A stretch of 62,639 nucleotides of DNA, the filler included, from Asterionella formosa (lineage: Eukaryota): NCBI GenBank assembly GCA_002256025.1. It is 11 parts of 11 records of this genome, joined end to end, with 100 filler letters (N's around TTAATTAATTAA, not from the genome) between each part and the next. Parts side by side here need not be neighbours in the genome. Positions count along the whole stretch, not along the records: positions 5,710 to 11,318 come from NKIB01012988.1; positions 11,419 to 17,026 come from NKIB01012989.1; positions 17,127 to 22,732 come from NKIB01012990.1; positions 22,833 to 28,438 come from NKIB01012991.1; 7 more parts are not named here. One strand, given 5' to 3'. Position numbers and translations under genes: made by a program. Below are positions 10,968-25,937 of this stretch, piece after piece. The stretch's first letter is position 1. Every line of letters starts with the position of its first letter. The notes under the pieces are model-generated. The model was not told the DNA's origin and searched no databases. It saw only the letters and a list, made by a program, of their open reading frames with translations.

Positions 10968-13247
10968 CATCCAATCACCATGTTCTCTGTTTGCACATTG
11001 AGCCACATTAGAGCGCGATAGAACGTCGTCGTCCGTCAAAGTACCTTGTCCGGGTCGAATAAAGTCTAGTTGCTTTATGTGCTATCGTATGTAATCTTGT
11101 GATCGTCGCACCGACAGCCGTTCGCAGCTTGATTTGCTTCCCAGTGGCTGTGCCTAAACGATGTAGAACCGAAATATTATTTTCGACGAAAACATTTCCT
11201 GATAGAAAAAGGTATTAATCTGCGAAGTCGATACTCCCGAGTCGAAAGTTGCAGTCGATTACTGCTCGACATAGCGATGCTCACATCGTACATGTTCACT
11301 TGATAGGAATAATACCGTNNNNNNNNNNNNNNNNNNNNNNNNNNNNNNNNNNNNNNNNNNNNTTAATTAATTAANNNNNNNNNNNNNNNNNNNNNNNNNN
11401 NNNNNNNNNNNNNNNNNNTTCAGTGATATCATGCATGGGATACATGAATCCTGCTATGCAATTGGAATATCCCACATTACAGAAAATGGGCGGTATCCAG
11501 ACTGTAATTATCCTGTAAATAACAAATGATATCCACTTGATGACTGACATGAGACATATTCAATGTTTTGTCATGTAAATATAATAATAGCATTGCTATT
11601 GTTGCACTTGTGCAATCTGTTCAGCATTCGGCTGGTTTTTGTTAGGCACATAGGCCACTAGCTGACCAACAGGAGGGTTCATGAACACTAAAATTTCCTG
11701 AGCAGATTCATAAAAATCGGCAGGTATGGCCCTTGACACAGTATCCTAACTAGACATCGTCATAGGGTTAACCCATGGATTTGTAGGAAAAATGTATGCA
11801 AGGCAGAAAAGATGAATAGGGTTAGCTGTGTCAGTATGATAATTCGCTCTGTGTAGAATTTTTACGCAAGAGGAACAGTACGTGGGTTAGCAGTGTAAGT
11901 ACTAGTGTTAGTAGTAAGATAACTTGAGGGGCCTTATGTTTAGCCGTTGGTTCACAACTGCATGCATGGCTGGCTGCAATCATGATTGCATGTGCGCTGC
12001 CACAACCGCTTTGTGTAAAAATATTGTGTACAATTTTTTTTAATTCACACACTTTTTTTCTTGATGCATTAAACAATCCGTCACGCTTGGTTTCTTGATG
12101 CATAATATGGTTGCCTTCAACTTTATTCATGGCATCATCAAAACTGTTATCGGAATGATCATCTGGGAGTACTTCAATGTTCATTCATTCGGACAAGGCG
12201 ATTTCTGTAAGGCACCTTTGGAGTAGAAAGAAGATACTTCGTGCTGGAGAGGTTAGGCAAGCAATGTTATGGAATAAACTCACAGTAATCAACAAAGCTT
12301 CCACGAAGTTCCATGAATCTCATCTTGCTTGCTTGCTTGAAAGACTCAAGATGTCGAACTGGTATGAATGAATGAAAGGTGTTATTCTTGATGTTTAGTA
12401 GATTGAAATCCTAGATCAATGGGACCACTGGGACTTGAGAATACATCAACGTTGTTAATTCTAATTTGACTCTTTTTGAATTCAAAGTGAAGTATCTAAC
12501 TATAAGTAGTAGTATTTGTTGAATATCTTATTTGTTAATTCTTGTGTGCAACTCGATCTCCTCGGTTGACACTAAAGTATACAAGAAGGTGTTAGTCGTT
12601 CTCTCCTGATAGAACTCTGATATATCTATGTAAACCTAACCTTATAGGTATATCTGTAGTTGAGCGAGATCGCTCACCAGGTAACTTGTAGTCTACCTGG
12701 TATTCCGAGTACCTGGTTCTCCTGGTAGTGTCACGTGAAACTGACGCGAAATGGTACCTGGTACCTGTTTTTAGGTTCAATACTTACTAACTATTAGGGG
12801 GAGAGATTCCTGAAGGAAATACACGACCAAGGGTCGAGACTGCCTGCGAGTATTCTTGTGTTCGAGGCTTGGGTGGCGCGAGTAGGTTGACCGAACAAGT
12901 GGCGCCCCCGGCACTGCAAGAAGGTCGACCTGCGAGGGCCTCCCAAGCCAAGTACACAAGATTACGAGTAGGCAGACTCCTCCTTAGTAGGGTATTACCT
13001 AGTAGGCAATTCACAAACTAGCTATCGGCGCGCTTTTCGCCACTACATTGCCCTTTCAGTTAACATTGAAAACCTATTCTAGATAGTTTGTATGTTGGAT
13101 GCGAACTAGCCAATTGCCCATCATATAAAACATATATTGCATATTTCATATGTACAGTTTTTGGATTACTCAATCCTGCAATTGCCCATCATATAAAACA
13201 TATGTTGTATATTTCATATGCTCCGTTTTTCGACTGCCAAACTAGTA

Positions 13248-15460
13248 CAGTGAAACCTCCCTATAAGATACAGCCTGTTTGCTCCTACATTTATGGCCTT
13301 TTCGTATCCTATAGGGAGGTGTATATAATAAGGATGAGGTTCAGCAAGTTTACGCTGTTTTGTACTCCATATGTACTACAGTACCAGGTTACATAATATG
13401 TACAATATGCATAGACCAAGGCAGGGTTGTTTAATCCAATTATTTGCAGTTTGTTTTAAAAACATTGATTTTTATTTGGAAGAAGAAAAAAGATTCAATT
13501 GGAGGTTGAATAAGCCTAGAATGAGACCTTTTTTGAACAGTGGCAATTATTTCAAGAAATGGAAGTTCCTGCTCAAATAAATCCATTTTGTTTACATACA
13601 TACATCAGTGCTGTTTCTAAACCAAGCAATGCATTTCTTGAGGTATAGGAACCTTATTGGACACATCACTGATTGCTGCCGTAGCACTGCCTTCGTCCAA
13701 GGCACTGTCATCCTCCTCATCCCCTTCATCAATATATTCAGCAACCAAATTTGCAATCAAAGATTCAGCACATGGGATTGCATATTCACCAATACAATCT
13801 TGTACATAATGAATATCAACTTCCCCAAGCCTCTCCATCAGCTCCTCCACTTCAGTTTCAGTTTCCTCTGGTACTGATACACATTCTTCATCACATACTT
13901 GTTTAAACCCACATGCTTTAAAGCATTTTTTAATTGTTTCAGTCATGACACTTCCCCAGGATGTAGCCATAAACTTCAATGCATCAATAACCTGCAATTT
14001 CTTAGCCAGATCTGCTGCATGTTCTTCCATTTCGATAAATTGTAATAACTGCAAAACTTGATGCTTACAGGAGAGAGCTTTCACACTTCTAATGATTCCA
14101 GCATCCAAAGGTTGCAACAAATTTGGAGGGAAAAATTGAATCTTTACATGTGTTAGCCTTGAGCTTCTTGTCTCCTCATCAACAATGTGTACAGGGGCGT
14201 TATCCAAGAATAAAAGAATCTTCCTGTTCTGAGAAGCCATGTATGCATTCAAATCCAAAAGATACTCATTAAAATAGGATTTGTCATCCAAGCTTTACTA
14301 CTTGACCTGTACACAACTACAAGGCGGCTCAAATCAATGTTTCGAAAACAACGAGGCTTCTTGGATTTCCCAATTATGAGCGGCTGCAGCTTTTCCCCAG
14401 CTGCACTGCATGTCAAGGCAACTGTAACTCGATCCTTAGCTAATTTTCCTCCTTTGCATGATTTTGATACTTGATTGAGAGTTGAATTTGGGAGAGCATG
14501 ATAAAAGTATCCAGTCTCATTCATCTTGAAAATGTTGGCTGGAGTATATTCATCACACAAACTAGCCAAGAAAGCTTTCCAATCTTCAGCCTTATCAATG
14601 TCTACATTCCCAGACTCTCCACAAATAGCATAGGATTTGAAATTGTGTCTCTTCTTCCATTTTTCTAGCCAGCCATTAGATGCCTTAAAATTATGATCTT
14701 GCTTAAATGCTTTGGCAATCGACAAAGCTTTGCTTTGTAGGATGGGTCCACTAATTGGATATCCAGTTGCGCAAGCAGTGCAAAATCATCTCCACAATAC
14801 TGTGTTGATTTCTGTACCAGTATTAAGGCAAGCCATTTTCATGGATCGCATCGATTTTCCTTCCATCAGTAAGTCGTCCTGCTTTTTCTTTGCTTTTTGA
14901 ACAGTTCCAATGCTTATGCCAAGTTGAAAAGCAACTTCTCTAACACTTTCCCTTCACCAAGAAGCTTTATTGCCGCTAACTTTGTATTGATGGAAACACT
15001 TTTACGCTTTAACTTCATTTCCGACATGCTTGTCACAACTCCTTCAGTTACCAATGGCGATGATGTCTGAGTCTTGGAGATTGTAATAAGTGAAAGAATT
15101 GAAGCAAATGTTCAAGTAACAGTCAAGCTTCCTTTCTGTAAAGTATAACTAAAATTTATTATGAAAGGGTCATGAGCAAGTACTAATGTCACGAGTGGTG
15201 ATACTGCCACCAGATCATTGCTACCGGTACTAAGCAAGATGATGTGGTAGGTATTCTACTGACGCTTCTATTACTGTGCTTGCGTAAGCATGTATTTTTG
15301 TATGCGTAAGCATGAAGAATGATACTCCCAGTAGTACTGAAGATTGTCAGTCCACAGCAGTGATTTGAGATGATCAAAACATGCAAAACAAGGAAAAAAC
15401 TATTGGTGCAAACTGAGTGCAGACTGTCCGGTGCTCGTTTTTATCTTATACCGAGGTCAG
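13248..15460 (-). mobile_element. pogo/Tigger DNA transposon, decayed
   Basis: TA|CAGTGAAACCTCCCTATAAGATAC terminus at 13248 with an inverted subterminal copy at 13304-13320; related TATCTTATACCGAGGT near 15442. The second full TIR was not found. Confidence 0.75.
13617..15027 (-). pseudogene. Tigger/CENP-B-type DDE_1 transposase pseudogene
   Basis: FKASNGWLEKWKKRH, GESG, NETG, KGGKLAKDRVT, SKAWMT, LFLDNAPVH and LQPLDAGII motifs spread across frameshifted ORFs. Confidence 0.9.
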
Positions 15461-17126
15461 AATAACCCAATTTTTCAGCGAAAGTGTATCCAAGTGTATT
15501 GTTGGATAATTCGACTTCTCATATGATTCATATCGTTGCATCGTGCTTGCTTCATCATGGTGGCGCCAAAATTTCGGTTCCCCAATCTGTTGATTTCCGC
15601 AGCCTTTCCGGCCTAATACTTCTCTAGATTTGATATGCTGTGATAAATAAATTAATGATTGTTCAAAAGCGACCACAATGAGTCGTTGGGTATCAAAACT
15701 TGAAAGGTTATGGTAGGTCAAAGTTAGGCTTCCATCTTGTCATTGAACCGGTGTTTTCATCAGATATGATCAGCCTTTAAATTTTAACTATATTTTTGTA
15801 GTATGTTTTCTACATGTTCTACACTATCTCAAATCAGATCTCAGCAGCAAGTTTTAGTGCTCATATGTTGGCTTTTTTCTGCTACTCTACAATAGTATTG
15901 TTTCATTGCTTTCTAATCACAATATTTCTTTTGTTACTTCTGCATAATCTTCAACAATGACAAACGAAAAGTGTTCAATCTCAATGAGCTATCGCAAACT
16001 CCGCAAAGCAGCCAGAACATGATGGAACCGGTGTTCTGCATTAACTAGTATTCAACAAGGAAAAGAGGACAGTTATGTGCTTGTTGATTGTTGTTGTCAT
16101 ATTTGAGTTCCCACCATTGTCGAGTTTATTAATTATGAAACGAATTTCTTCCTCTTCAGAACGTTGATGAAGGCTATTTTCATGTTACTCCTCCACTTCC
16201 TGATGATGGAACAAATCAGTATCCACTGGTCAAACCAGCTTTTTCAATGAGGTGAAAAATGTTGCCAGTTGATTGTTGTTTTCACGAGGTATAATGAACA
16301 CACACTACCATTATTCTTTTCCTGTTTCCTAATGCTAGCAAGCCACTTTTATCGAAACTCGCACAACGATTGCAAAGTCTTCAGGTCGCAAACAATGTGG
16401 GCAAAATATCTTGCCAGCACCAACAACATATACCTGTCCTTCTCAATTTTCCAAGCCACAAACGCCCACATCAGCCAGTAAATTTTCGACGTATCCTGCT
16501 CCTCCTCCTGCCGGATACTACCAGAAGTCTGCATCGCCAGCACCAAACCTCCACTGTTGCTCCTCCAACACCTCCGCAACCACAAGTCTGAATCAATAGA
16601 GAAACCAGCACTGCCTCTAAATCAATTCAGGCATTGGTTTCTGCTCCTCCAGGCCAAATCTGAACATTTCTGAAATTTTTGTTGTTGCAACGACAAAAAA
16701 ATGTGAGTTGACAATTGTTAATGAAAATGCGTTGACAAATTTTCCCACGATTCTTCCGCTGACCCATTTTCTTTTTCACTTTTTATTCTACTGCCTGCTT
16801 GTCATTTACACATCTTACCTTTCGATTTCCGTTTCATACTTTGGTTGCCTAAAAACATCTTGTCGAATTTTCTATGCTTGTTACAATCATTCTTGTGTGA
16901 CTACTTTTCATGCATATACCGGCAATCGGTGGTCCATGCATTTTTGATGTGTCCGAACTTTTTCCCATGAAAATTCTACTCGTGACTTTGCTCGATGGTC
17001 CCTGCTGCTCAAACTTAAAATTGACTNNNNNNNNNNNNNNNNNNNNNNNNNNNNNNNNNNNNNNNNNNNNTTAATTAATTAANNNNNNNNNNNNNNNNNN
17101 NNNNNNNNNNNNNNNNNNNNNNNNNN

Positions 17127-17554
17127 AGCCATTTCGTTTTCATTGGATTTCTTTTCAAGCTCTTAACAGTTTGCATACAAACATACTGTGCACTGTAGAT
17201 GATGATCAATCGAAAACATATGATGACTTGAACGACAAATGGAGATTTTGTCATAAGCCCTCGTTCCTCTCAACATGGCTGTTTTGTCATTGTTGCAAGA
17301 ATCAGAGCGAGGACTGGCGAGGATGATGAGCCAAACCACATTACTCTAACTGGTACGTTATCCTACCAAGAAATTTAAATAATGGGACCTAAAAGAAACA
17401 ATACATATAATAATTAAATTTCCGTCAAAAGGGTTACTAATTAGATTACGAGGGCATTTATCAAAATTATTAGATGATATAACGAAAAATTATGATCAGA
17501 AGATCATAATCATATGATGCATCATGGAATTATGATGGTTTTTATTTGCAGACG
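17127..17554 (-). mobile_element. End B of the CGTCTG-TIR element family
   Basis: Ends TTTTTATTTGCAGACG; homologous to 41592-42000 and 57043-57600. Confidence 0.7.
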
Positions 17555-18864
17555 ATATTTGAAATGCATACCTTAATGCTCCTGAGACAACTGAGAAAGT
17601 AAATACTACTGTTGGACCTCAGTTTGGTTAAGATGAAGGCAAGACCATCATCATTGTCCGTGCACCATACGGATTGAAAAGTTCGGGTGCGGCATGGTGC
17701 TCACACTTTGCCAACTCATTGAGGGACCTTAATTTCACCCCTACATATGCTGACGCAGATGTTTGGATTTGAACTGCCTATGATGATTCAGGGGACCAAT
17801 ATTAGGAGTATATTTTTGTTTAAGTTGATGATATTCTTTGTATTTCACATGCACCTGCCACAATTCTTCAACAATTGCATTATGAACCATTTAATTACTG
17901 GCTAAAAGACGTCGGTCCGCCACAAAGGTATCTTGGTACTACAAATGGAACATATACACTCCCGGATTCAATGATTTCCACATGGTATATGTCTGCTGAG
18001 GCTTATCTAGAAAAGGCGATCCCCATAGTAATAGAGGATTATTTTGGTCCTTTGAAGGCTTTGTTCAGCTCACGTATAAGTGCACCAGCGTCACCTGACT
18101 ATCACCCTGAACTTGATCAAACTGATTTACTCCTTGATGATGACATCGGAATTTCACGTTGGGCAATTGAACTTGGTAGGATTGACCTCGCCCAGCATAC
18201 AGGCGCAGTCTTATCAAAGTTTCTTGAAGCACCCCAACAAGGCCATCTGGTGGTTGCTATAGTAAAAGTCCTTTATTTTATTCAAATGTACTATTTATGC
18301 TCCTGTATTGTTTTTGACGCTTCAATACATGATTGGTCTGAATATGATTGGTCCTCTACTATGAATTGGAGTCAGTTTATCCTGACGCAATTGAACCTAT
18401 TCTCGATAAACATGCCTAAGCCGCTTGGACGAGCAAATACAGATCAACATGGTTCTCTAAATCTTAAAATACTGTTGAATCTTCTTCTACGTTCCGTTCA
18501 GAGTTTGTGGCACTGAAAATTGCTTCTGAGCTAAATGATGGACTACAATACAAGTTATGCATGTTTGGTGAATCCATTCTCCAAAAGAAACACAATTCCA
18601 TTGCATAGTACCACAAAGTTCGTGAAAGTGTGGCTGCTAATTCTTGACGTGTCCTTCATGAACCAGGCAACACCAACCTGGCGGATGTCTCAACAAAATG
18701 GTTACCCCCAGCCGACTTATAAACACATGGGTTGTTGTAAATGCATGCTGTGGTAATCCTCGATTATTTCCAGGCTATTTGTCTTGTGTCATCTATCCTG
18801 GAGGGTTATGTTGAAATCTCTTGTCGTGATTGAGCAATATTCAGCAGTATATGTTGATGTCAGT
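17555..18864 (+). mobile_element. Ty1/copia (CoDi-like) RT/RNase H remnant with start of the 3' LTR
   Basis: DI*NAYLNA, YGLKSSGAAW, ADADVW, VDDILCIS, PQRYLG, RWAIELGRID and NLAD motifs with stops; purine-rich GGAGGG then TGTTG at 18809. Confidence 0.82.
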
Positions 18865-20271
18865 GGGTAGGCTTCGAAATTTAGAAAATATTTTATCATG
18901 TGTATTATAACATAAAATACTGAACTCATAACCCCAAAATTTGGTCAACACAAACACAATTTTTTTAAAGTTAGAAATAAAAGTGCAGCATATAGAAATA
19001 TATCTATCCATGTATGGGGACTACATATGATTTCCAGGAATATTTCATGACATGCATGCTCATACCCAAAATGGTGCTCTCACCAAAATGGGTACCTGAT
19101 GGTAATATGCATATATATATGTATGCATCAATCAGCCTTAGTACTGTGTACATCGTTTGTCATCCTCTGTTTTAGATCATTGCAACGATGTTATCATCAT
19201 CATCCAGACGGGGGCAAAGGAGACCAGCCAGAGAGGCTGTCCCTTCCTCCCCAAGGCTGCGAGAACATCGCCGTCTCGAGTAGGAACAAGATTTGTAATC
19301 CCAAGATGAGGAAGAGAAAGAAGATGATGCAGATGAAGGCGCCAGTTATGATGACAGCAGGGCTGATGCCTCTGGTGGTTCTCTGATTGGTGTTTCGTAT
19401 CTTTCATCAAGGAACAATGGCAGTAATTCGTTGCATTACAGTGAAAGTGCAGCCAACCGTACAAAGAGTTACAAAAAACAACTGTGGGTATATATAGCAG
19501 GCGAGATCAGCCACCAACATTTCCAAAGGCCCGCCGCAACCTGCAGAGTCAGGGGCAGCAGTTTAGTTTGAACGAGGTCATGTCATTATTGGACACTTTT
19601 CTGACACATCTTCCAATTGGATCACATGAATGGGAATGTGTAGCATCTGAGCACAATGAAAATTTTCCAGACAAGGATCAGACTGCACTTCAATTCGGCG
19701 AAAGTTTGCACAACTAGATAAAGTGAAAATATCAACTGGTGACCCAACATGTCCTGCTGAGGTCCAATATGCTAAGCAAGTATTCCAAAAAATAGAGGAA
19801 AGAGCAGATGCTAATGGTACAGTTTATTCTATGGACCTTGGGATAGAAGATGGCAACAATGTCGATGATGAATTCATGATACTTGGTACAGTCAAGACAA
19901 TGCTGAAGCGGTTGAAACTTCGGATAGTACTCCTGATCGTTCTGCTCCTGAACCAAGAACTCCTGCTGTTTCTGCTGGAGAAACTGTTGCAAGATCTGCT
20001 AGTGCAAGATTTCCTCGTTCTATGGTATCCCCTCGGCTCAGGGATAAACCTATGTCAAACAGTCTCAACAAAATATTGGATCTAGTTTCAACAAAATTGC
20101 TTCAAAAAGCGTACAAGAATGATAATATTCCAATGCAGATGCAAATGTAGCAACAACAGCAACAGGAAATTCAACAGCAGCAGAACGTGACGAGGAACAT
20201 GATGATGATGTCAATCATGTCATCCATGTTGAACCATGGGACATCGCAAACAACCACCTCAACTACCATTG
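18865..20271 (+). mobile_element. PIF/Harbinger left end with decayed Myb/SANT-like (DUF6818-like) accessory gene
   Basis: GGG terminus homologous to the 35594 end. LPIGSHEWE...TGDPTCPAEVQYAK motif; paralog of 34737-35258. Truncated by a CGTCTG element. Confidence 0.7.
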
Positions 20272-22732
20272 CGTCTGCAAAAAGAACTATCATGCATATA
20301 GGATCAAGGGTATTGTACAATAAGTGGCACATAATTTTTACATATATGATAGTTTTTGGATCAAAAATATGATCACTGTATCATGTAATTATGATCATGA
20401 AGTGTGATTATACTATCATAACACTAATACCATTGCATCATATAATTATTCAAACATGGGCCTATGATGTGTATACTTTTGTCATACATTAACATAATCG
20501 TAATTCTCATCGAAATCACTGTCTAAAATATGATGAAATGGTTCGAAGTTTAGAACTATATTTAAAATGGTTCTATGTTTCTACATCTTGAGTGGCTACA
20601 GAATGTTCTACAATTCTCTCATCGCAATGATTGGTGCTTCAGCTTTCACTTCCACCTTCCCTCCAATACAATTCTTTCTATTCACTTCCACCTTCGGGGG
20701 GGGCGGCCGCGCCGGGGGGGGGGGGTGGGGGGTACTGGTTGCCTTGCCCTTGTTTCCCTGCTTTCTTTTTACTCCTGACGGTTCTGAGTTTGCATTTGCT
20801 CATTGTCCCATTACTATCTAAACCGTTTCGTTGTCCCAATCAGCCATAATAACAAAGGGAAGCAATTCATTATTAGCTGTTCATGTTTTGCTTACACAAC
20901 AACATGCATTTCGCTTCTATCATCACTTACCACAAATTGAGGAAGTAACTGATGTATATTTCTGTAAAATATTGTGCACATGTCAGTTGAATATTGAAAA
21001 AGCAATTATCGATCAATAAATAGGCTCCAACGCTGCTATTTGTGACTTGCAAATACTGATTGTTTACCACCATCCTGAAAGAAGCTAAACAAATGTGTCA
21101 GTGTTTCTAACAGCTGTGGATTGATCCAAAGATGGCTGATAGCACTTACCGATTCCTTTTGTCCACATTGATGGTTGGCCACCAAATCCAAAAGGAGCTA
21201 CTATTGAATCACTGAAAGGAGACGAGGAGTCATTCCGTATTTGTAATCCCAATAAGCAATTGATCATCCTGCCATTTGCTCTTGATTTGGTACCATGCAC
21301 AGCTTGCTTGTTGAATCCGCCCTTCTCCATATTTACTCCTTCTTAGCCGCATGGTATATCACCGTGTTGTATCATCACTTCAGTTTTTCGCATCATGTGT
21401 TGTGAGATCCTTCATTTCAGGAAGTGTAGTATGCATGACAAGGAACCTGAAAGGCATTTGTTCTTGACTTAGTACCATCCATTGATTCCGCCTTTCTCCT
21501 TATTCACTCCTTTAAGCCGCAAGTATCATTGTGTTGTAGTATCACTTTCGTTTTCCGCGATATCATGTGTGATGATCCTTCATTTCAGGAGCAAAGTGTA
21601 TGCATGACAAGGAACATGAAAACATGATTTCAAATGTTTCAGCCATGTATACATATATAAAGATTTGTAAGTTTAAATGTATTTATAGTTAAACATTTGC
21701 GTAGTTCAAACACGCTCATTACTATATGGCACATCCTGTCTATACTATCATCAATTTTGATTATACATAATTCAAATATATACAACAATGCATGATGAGT
21801 TCATAGCTTTCCACGACCCGATGAATTTTTCAATTTTTGTGTGTCAATTCTTGTACCTACAAGTTGATTCCTATGAAATCTCTTGATCTATTCTGCGTTT
21901 TTTCGCCACAAATTTTTTTATTGTTTCACTGGACAGCATTCGAATTGATTGGCTTTGAACGTAGTTATTATCAAAGTCCATCCCATTGCAGAATGGTGAG
22001 TCTCAAAACTATGTATCAGCCAGTCGATTAAAATGGGACCATCTTTTGTGCACCCTTGTTGTGTTTGTACACTGAATTGGCAACTGTCAGCCAAGAGCAG
22101 CCATGGTATGCCACCATATATTGTCCAAAAAAAATTTCGAATGCATTCAGCTATTTTAACTTTTGCTCCTAAACACTATCTCACCACCCTTGCCATAGAT
22201 TTTCTTTATTCTTTGGCCGCACAGGCCCAGGTTGCTTACTCAATGCCTTCACCTGCAAGTTCAGCCAAGCATGTTGGCGTCAAGGCAACAACCTCAACCC
22301 CGATTTTTCTCACATGCTCCGCCCATCATACTTTCTTCATTTATGAAATCGAGGTAGCAATATTGATGTCAGGTGGCGCAGGCTTGTATATAGATTGAAG
22401 ATGCCGAAAGCATTGCTTCCATTTTCCGGTAAGTATCTACTTGTCAACATTGTTTGGGTTAATCCATTCTTGTTCCCGCAAGACCAGCAGTAATCCCTTT
22501 ACTTCCCCTCCCAGCCAACCTTCCTTTTCTTTCACAATTGTCCTGATGTTTGCAAAGAATTTTTAGTTGCCTTTTGCTTTTCCACTGGTTTTGATGATCC
22601 CTTTGGCATTCAAGTCAAGAAACAAGCAACTCATTGAGATTTCTGGAGGTTTTGGTCAGTGGCACCATACAGCAAGCAACAATCAACAGATCATGGCAGC
22701 TGTTCTCCATTTTCTGTAGCAAGCAAGTGACA
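20272..22732 (+). mobile_element. CGTCTG-TIR element (end A) with a decayed IS630/Tc1-like transposase remnant on the minus strand
   Basis: Starts CGTCTGCAAAAAG; reverse-complement homolog of about 58280-60586. Minus strand near 22200-22520 reads KGLLLVLREQEWI...DFINEE...LTPTCLAELAGEGIE*. Confidence 0.75.
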
Positions 22733-25700
22733 NNNNNNNNNNNNNNNNNNNNNNNNNNNNNNNNNNNNNNNNNNNNTTAATTAATTAANNNNNNNNNNNN
22801 NNNNNNNNNNNNNNNNNNNNNNNNNNNNNNNNAAAAAATATATAGTATTCACCTCGTTTTTGTTTGTCGCCTGAAAAGTGACTCTAGCAATTCACCTTTC
22901 ACCATGCCGATCATCGCCCATCATGCCCATTATGAAACGAAATGAGTTCATTGAATACGCCAGTAGCAATTTGTTGTCAAACAGATGCAGTTGGTTGTTG
23001 GATTGCTTGTCTTCTTGTGGGATTCATGTAGTCACATCGTCCATATTTCTTTGGACAAACGATGATATTGGTATATATTATATCTGATGTTGGTGGCAAG
23101 GTTTTGCTCAGGTCATGCATGTGATGATGCTTAACGAATATTCTAGTCATATAGCCTACATACGTAGTACGTGGTACTCAAAACAACCATGCATGGTTTA
23201 AGCTAAACTTTAAGGCTTACTTTTAACACGTTTTGTATTTATGCTGTGACTTGGTATTATCTTTACAAGACCATAATGTTAAAATATATCATTCACATAT
23301 TCATTGATTTTACATATACCCGATTTCGTCCTCACAATTATACTTCTAAAACTAACCTGCCTGCCATTGCTCAATTCGGGCTTGCAACAGGGACCTTTCG
23401 ACTTTCGTTTGATAACATCGTCTGCTGCTTATTATGCTAGTTAGAGCGGATCGGTGAGTTTAACAGTGAAACACTGAATGTGGAACATATATTGGTACTA
23501 TTTATCAAATTTGTGATTTCATTGCTTCCATTGTCGGTTTTGGTCGCTTCCATCCTTGTTTGTTTTTCTGTACTGTCGTTTTGGTTCCATTGTATCTATC
23601 TAGACAAGGGCCGCCCGATGTATGTATCAATTCCTACTCTTTGAAGATATTTTGTTGTTGATCTTATTTGTTGATTTGTATAGTTGTTGACCATCATGAT
23701 GTCAATATTGGCGCCAAGCAATGCTTTTCTTGTACTTGCGCGCTTTGCTACCTTTCTACTCAGAGTTCATATAACAAGCTATGTATCAATGTTCAGCTAG
23801 AGGGACGAATCGATAGTAGTGGAGCAGCCTGGTGGCGATCATGCTTGCTCAGAATGGAATGGATGATCAGGGTTGTTTGGTGGGAGGAACAACTGAGGGT
23901 GGAAGCCACCTCTCTCTTACTTGTGGTGTCACCAGGGTTTAGCTATGTACATGGTTCCAACAACCATATCATCTACACTACATAATAATGCAGATCTCAG
24001 TTGGGTACAGCTTTTTTGGTCCTTTTCTGCACTCCCTCTGTTCCGGTATAGTTGCACCCAACCTTTAGGTCACTGCCTCACATGAAGCGCAACCTCCAGT
24101 AATTCTCCGTATAGTAGCCCCTCCTATTTAAAAATCATTCTCAACATAATGGCATATAATTTATGTTCTAAAAAGTCTACAATTAGTTGAACATCGCGCC
24201 CCAATCGGAATGTTTGCTCGACAGCGACAATAAATCGCCACACTCGTTTCGCATCATCAAAAGAGAGGCCGATAAGACCGTCAACAAGCATGAACAGCTC
24301 ATCATAAATCCGGACATGCACAAAACGTTAGCTGTATTATTCGATGTCTGTAGAATGAACCATTTTCGTCCGGAAGCCCATTCTTGATAGTTTTTTTAGC
24401 TCTATCTCTTTGGCGGTAATAGCCGATATTACACACATGAATACAGGTCAGTATGCTGGCCAACGAAAATCAATAGCCCTAAACGATGCACATGTATCGC
24501 TATTTTGCGTTATACTCGCCTAAATTTACAAATCCAACCGACATACTATATAGCGTACATCGTCTCGCGTAGAAAATTCATAGTGCTTCTACAGAGGGCT
24601 TCTTTGAAGGACGTGGATCGAGCCAGGTTAGTTGCTGAGCGGTGTGCAACTATACTGGAACTGACGGAGTATCATTTTGCTTTTGGATTGTGTGATGGAT
24701 CAAAGTCAATGTTTCCTGTGTAAAAACTGCAAAGCATATGCATGTCTCCACTGATGTTTAATTCTCGGCACTTATGTCATCAGTACATGCTGACAACAAC
24801 ACTATATTATATGTGATGCATACATGGCACATGCATGACATTATACTGAAAAGAGTTCGTTTTAATTTTACTCTCTATAATTTTTACTTCTTCATCTTCT
24901 TTTCCCTTTCTTTCGTTATCATTGTTTGCTTGCCTTTCGCTAGGCGAGAACAATGGCACTGAAACTCATTTCTAACCCAAAACAATATTTTCTATTTCTC
25001 ATTTGATGCTACTACTTATTACATTGAATATCAAACTTTGGTTGCTCCAAACATCATGTTCAATTTCAATTGATTTTGCGTGTTACAATCTTTCTCGTGT
25101 GTTTGACGCTTGTTATACCATTTCTATGCATACTACCGTTTTTCTGGCTGTCATGCTAAAATCTGCAATTTTCATTCCGAAAAATTTGATATGCCCAATA
25201 TTGCCCCTACATAAAAATTACTTAAGAATTTACATAGAGCCTACAGTTTACTTACAAGTCCCCGATTGGAAAGACGAGACATCGAGCGGGAATTGCTGTA
25301 GTATGTAAAGGACTTGAAACGTGTAATAAATAATGTTACTTATTGTAAGGCCAAACCGTGTTGTAAGTGCCTCGGCATCTTGATCGAGTTTGTACAAGTG
25401 AAGCGCTCCATGTATATGAAGAATGATGGGCAATATTGGGCCGATGCAAACCTATATATGTACTCGAACAAGCTTCGCACAAACAAAATGAACTCACAGG
25501 CATGCGACGGTCGGCCGTGTACTGCCTTCAGCATACATTGGAACAACAATGCCGTCATCCTCTTGTCGTGTTGTTGATTCAGGTTCGCCCTCCGCTGTCG
25601 GATGTTCAAACTACACGCACGCCGAATCATGCCGGGGTGACCAGTCAATCCACACAGTGCAAGCGCTTTACGTAGAAGTCAACGACTTGTTTGTACCAAG

Positions 25701-25937
25701 CACAGGACATTTACCGTGGTCCTGCTGCTAGGGAAGGTTTCCCTACCGGTGCACATATAGATCTACTACCATACCATGGAATACTCGAATCGTAGTATCT
25801 CGCTTGTGTCCACTCTGTGGTTGCCAAAACGTTGCCATTAGCATTAATCGATTCAACAAGAAACCAAGCTACTTTGCTCTCTATCAAACTGTTTATTTTG
25901 GGTTAAATAGGTAACTGCGGCACGATACACATTAGTG

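Noticed and set aside
12430..13047. Possible solo LTR (minus strand begins TGTAGTGG); similar GTAC-rich block at 29640-30190
   Set aside because: No matching TSD, primer-binding site or second copy could be identified.
20696..20731. G-rich tract or G-quadruplex
   Set aside because: The paralogous copy near 60130-60160 has an ordinary GTT/GTA-type sequence; probably a T-to-G sequencing error run.
22833..25900. Many short ORFs in AT-rich DNA, likewise 15450-17026, 46700-47950 and 61050-62639
   Set aside because: No recognisable motifs or consistent splice structure.
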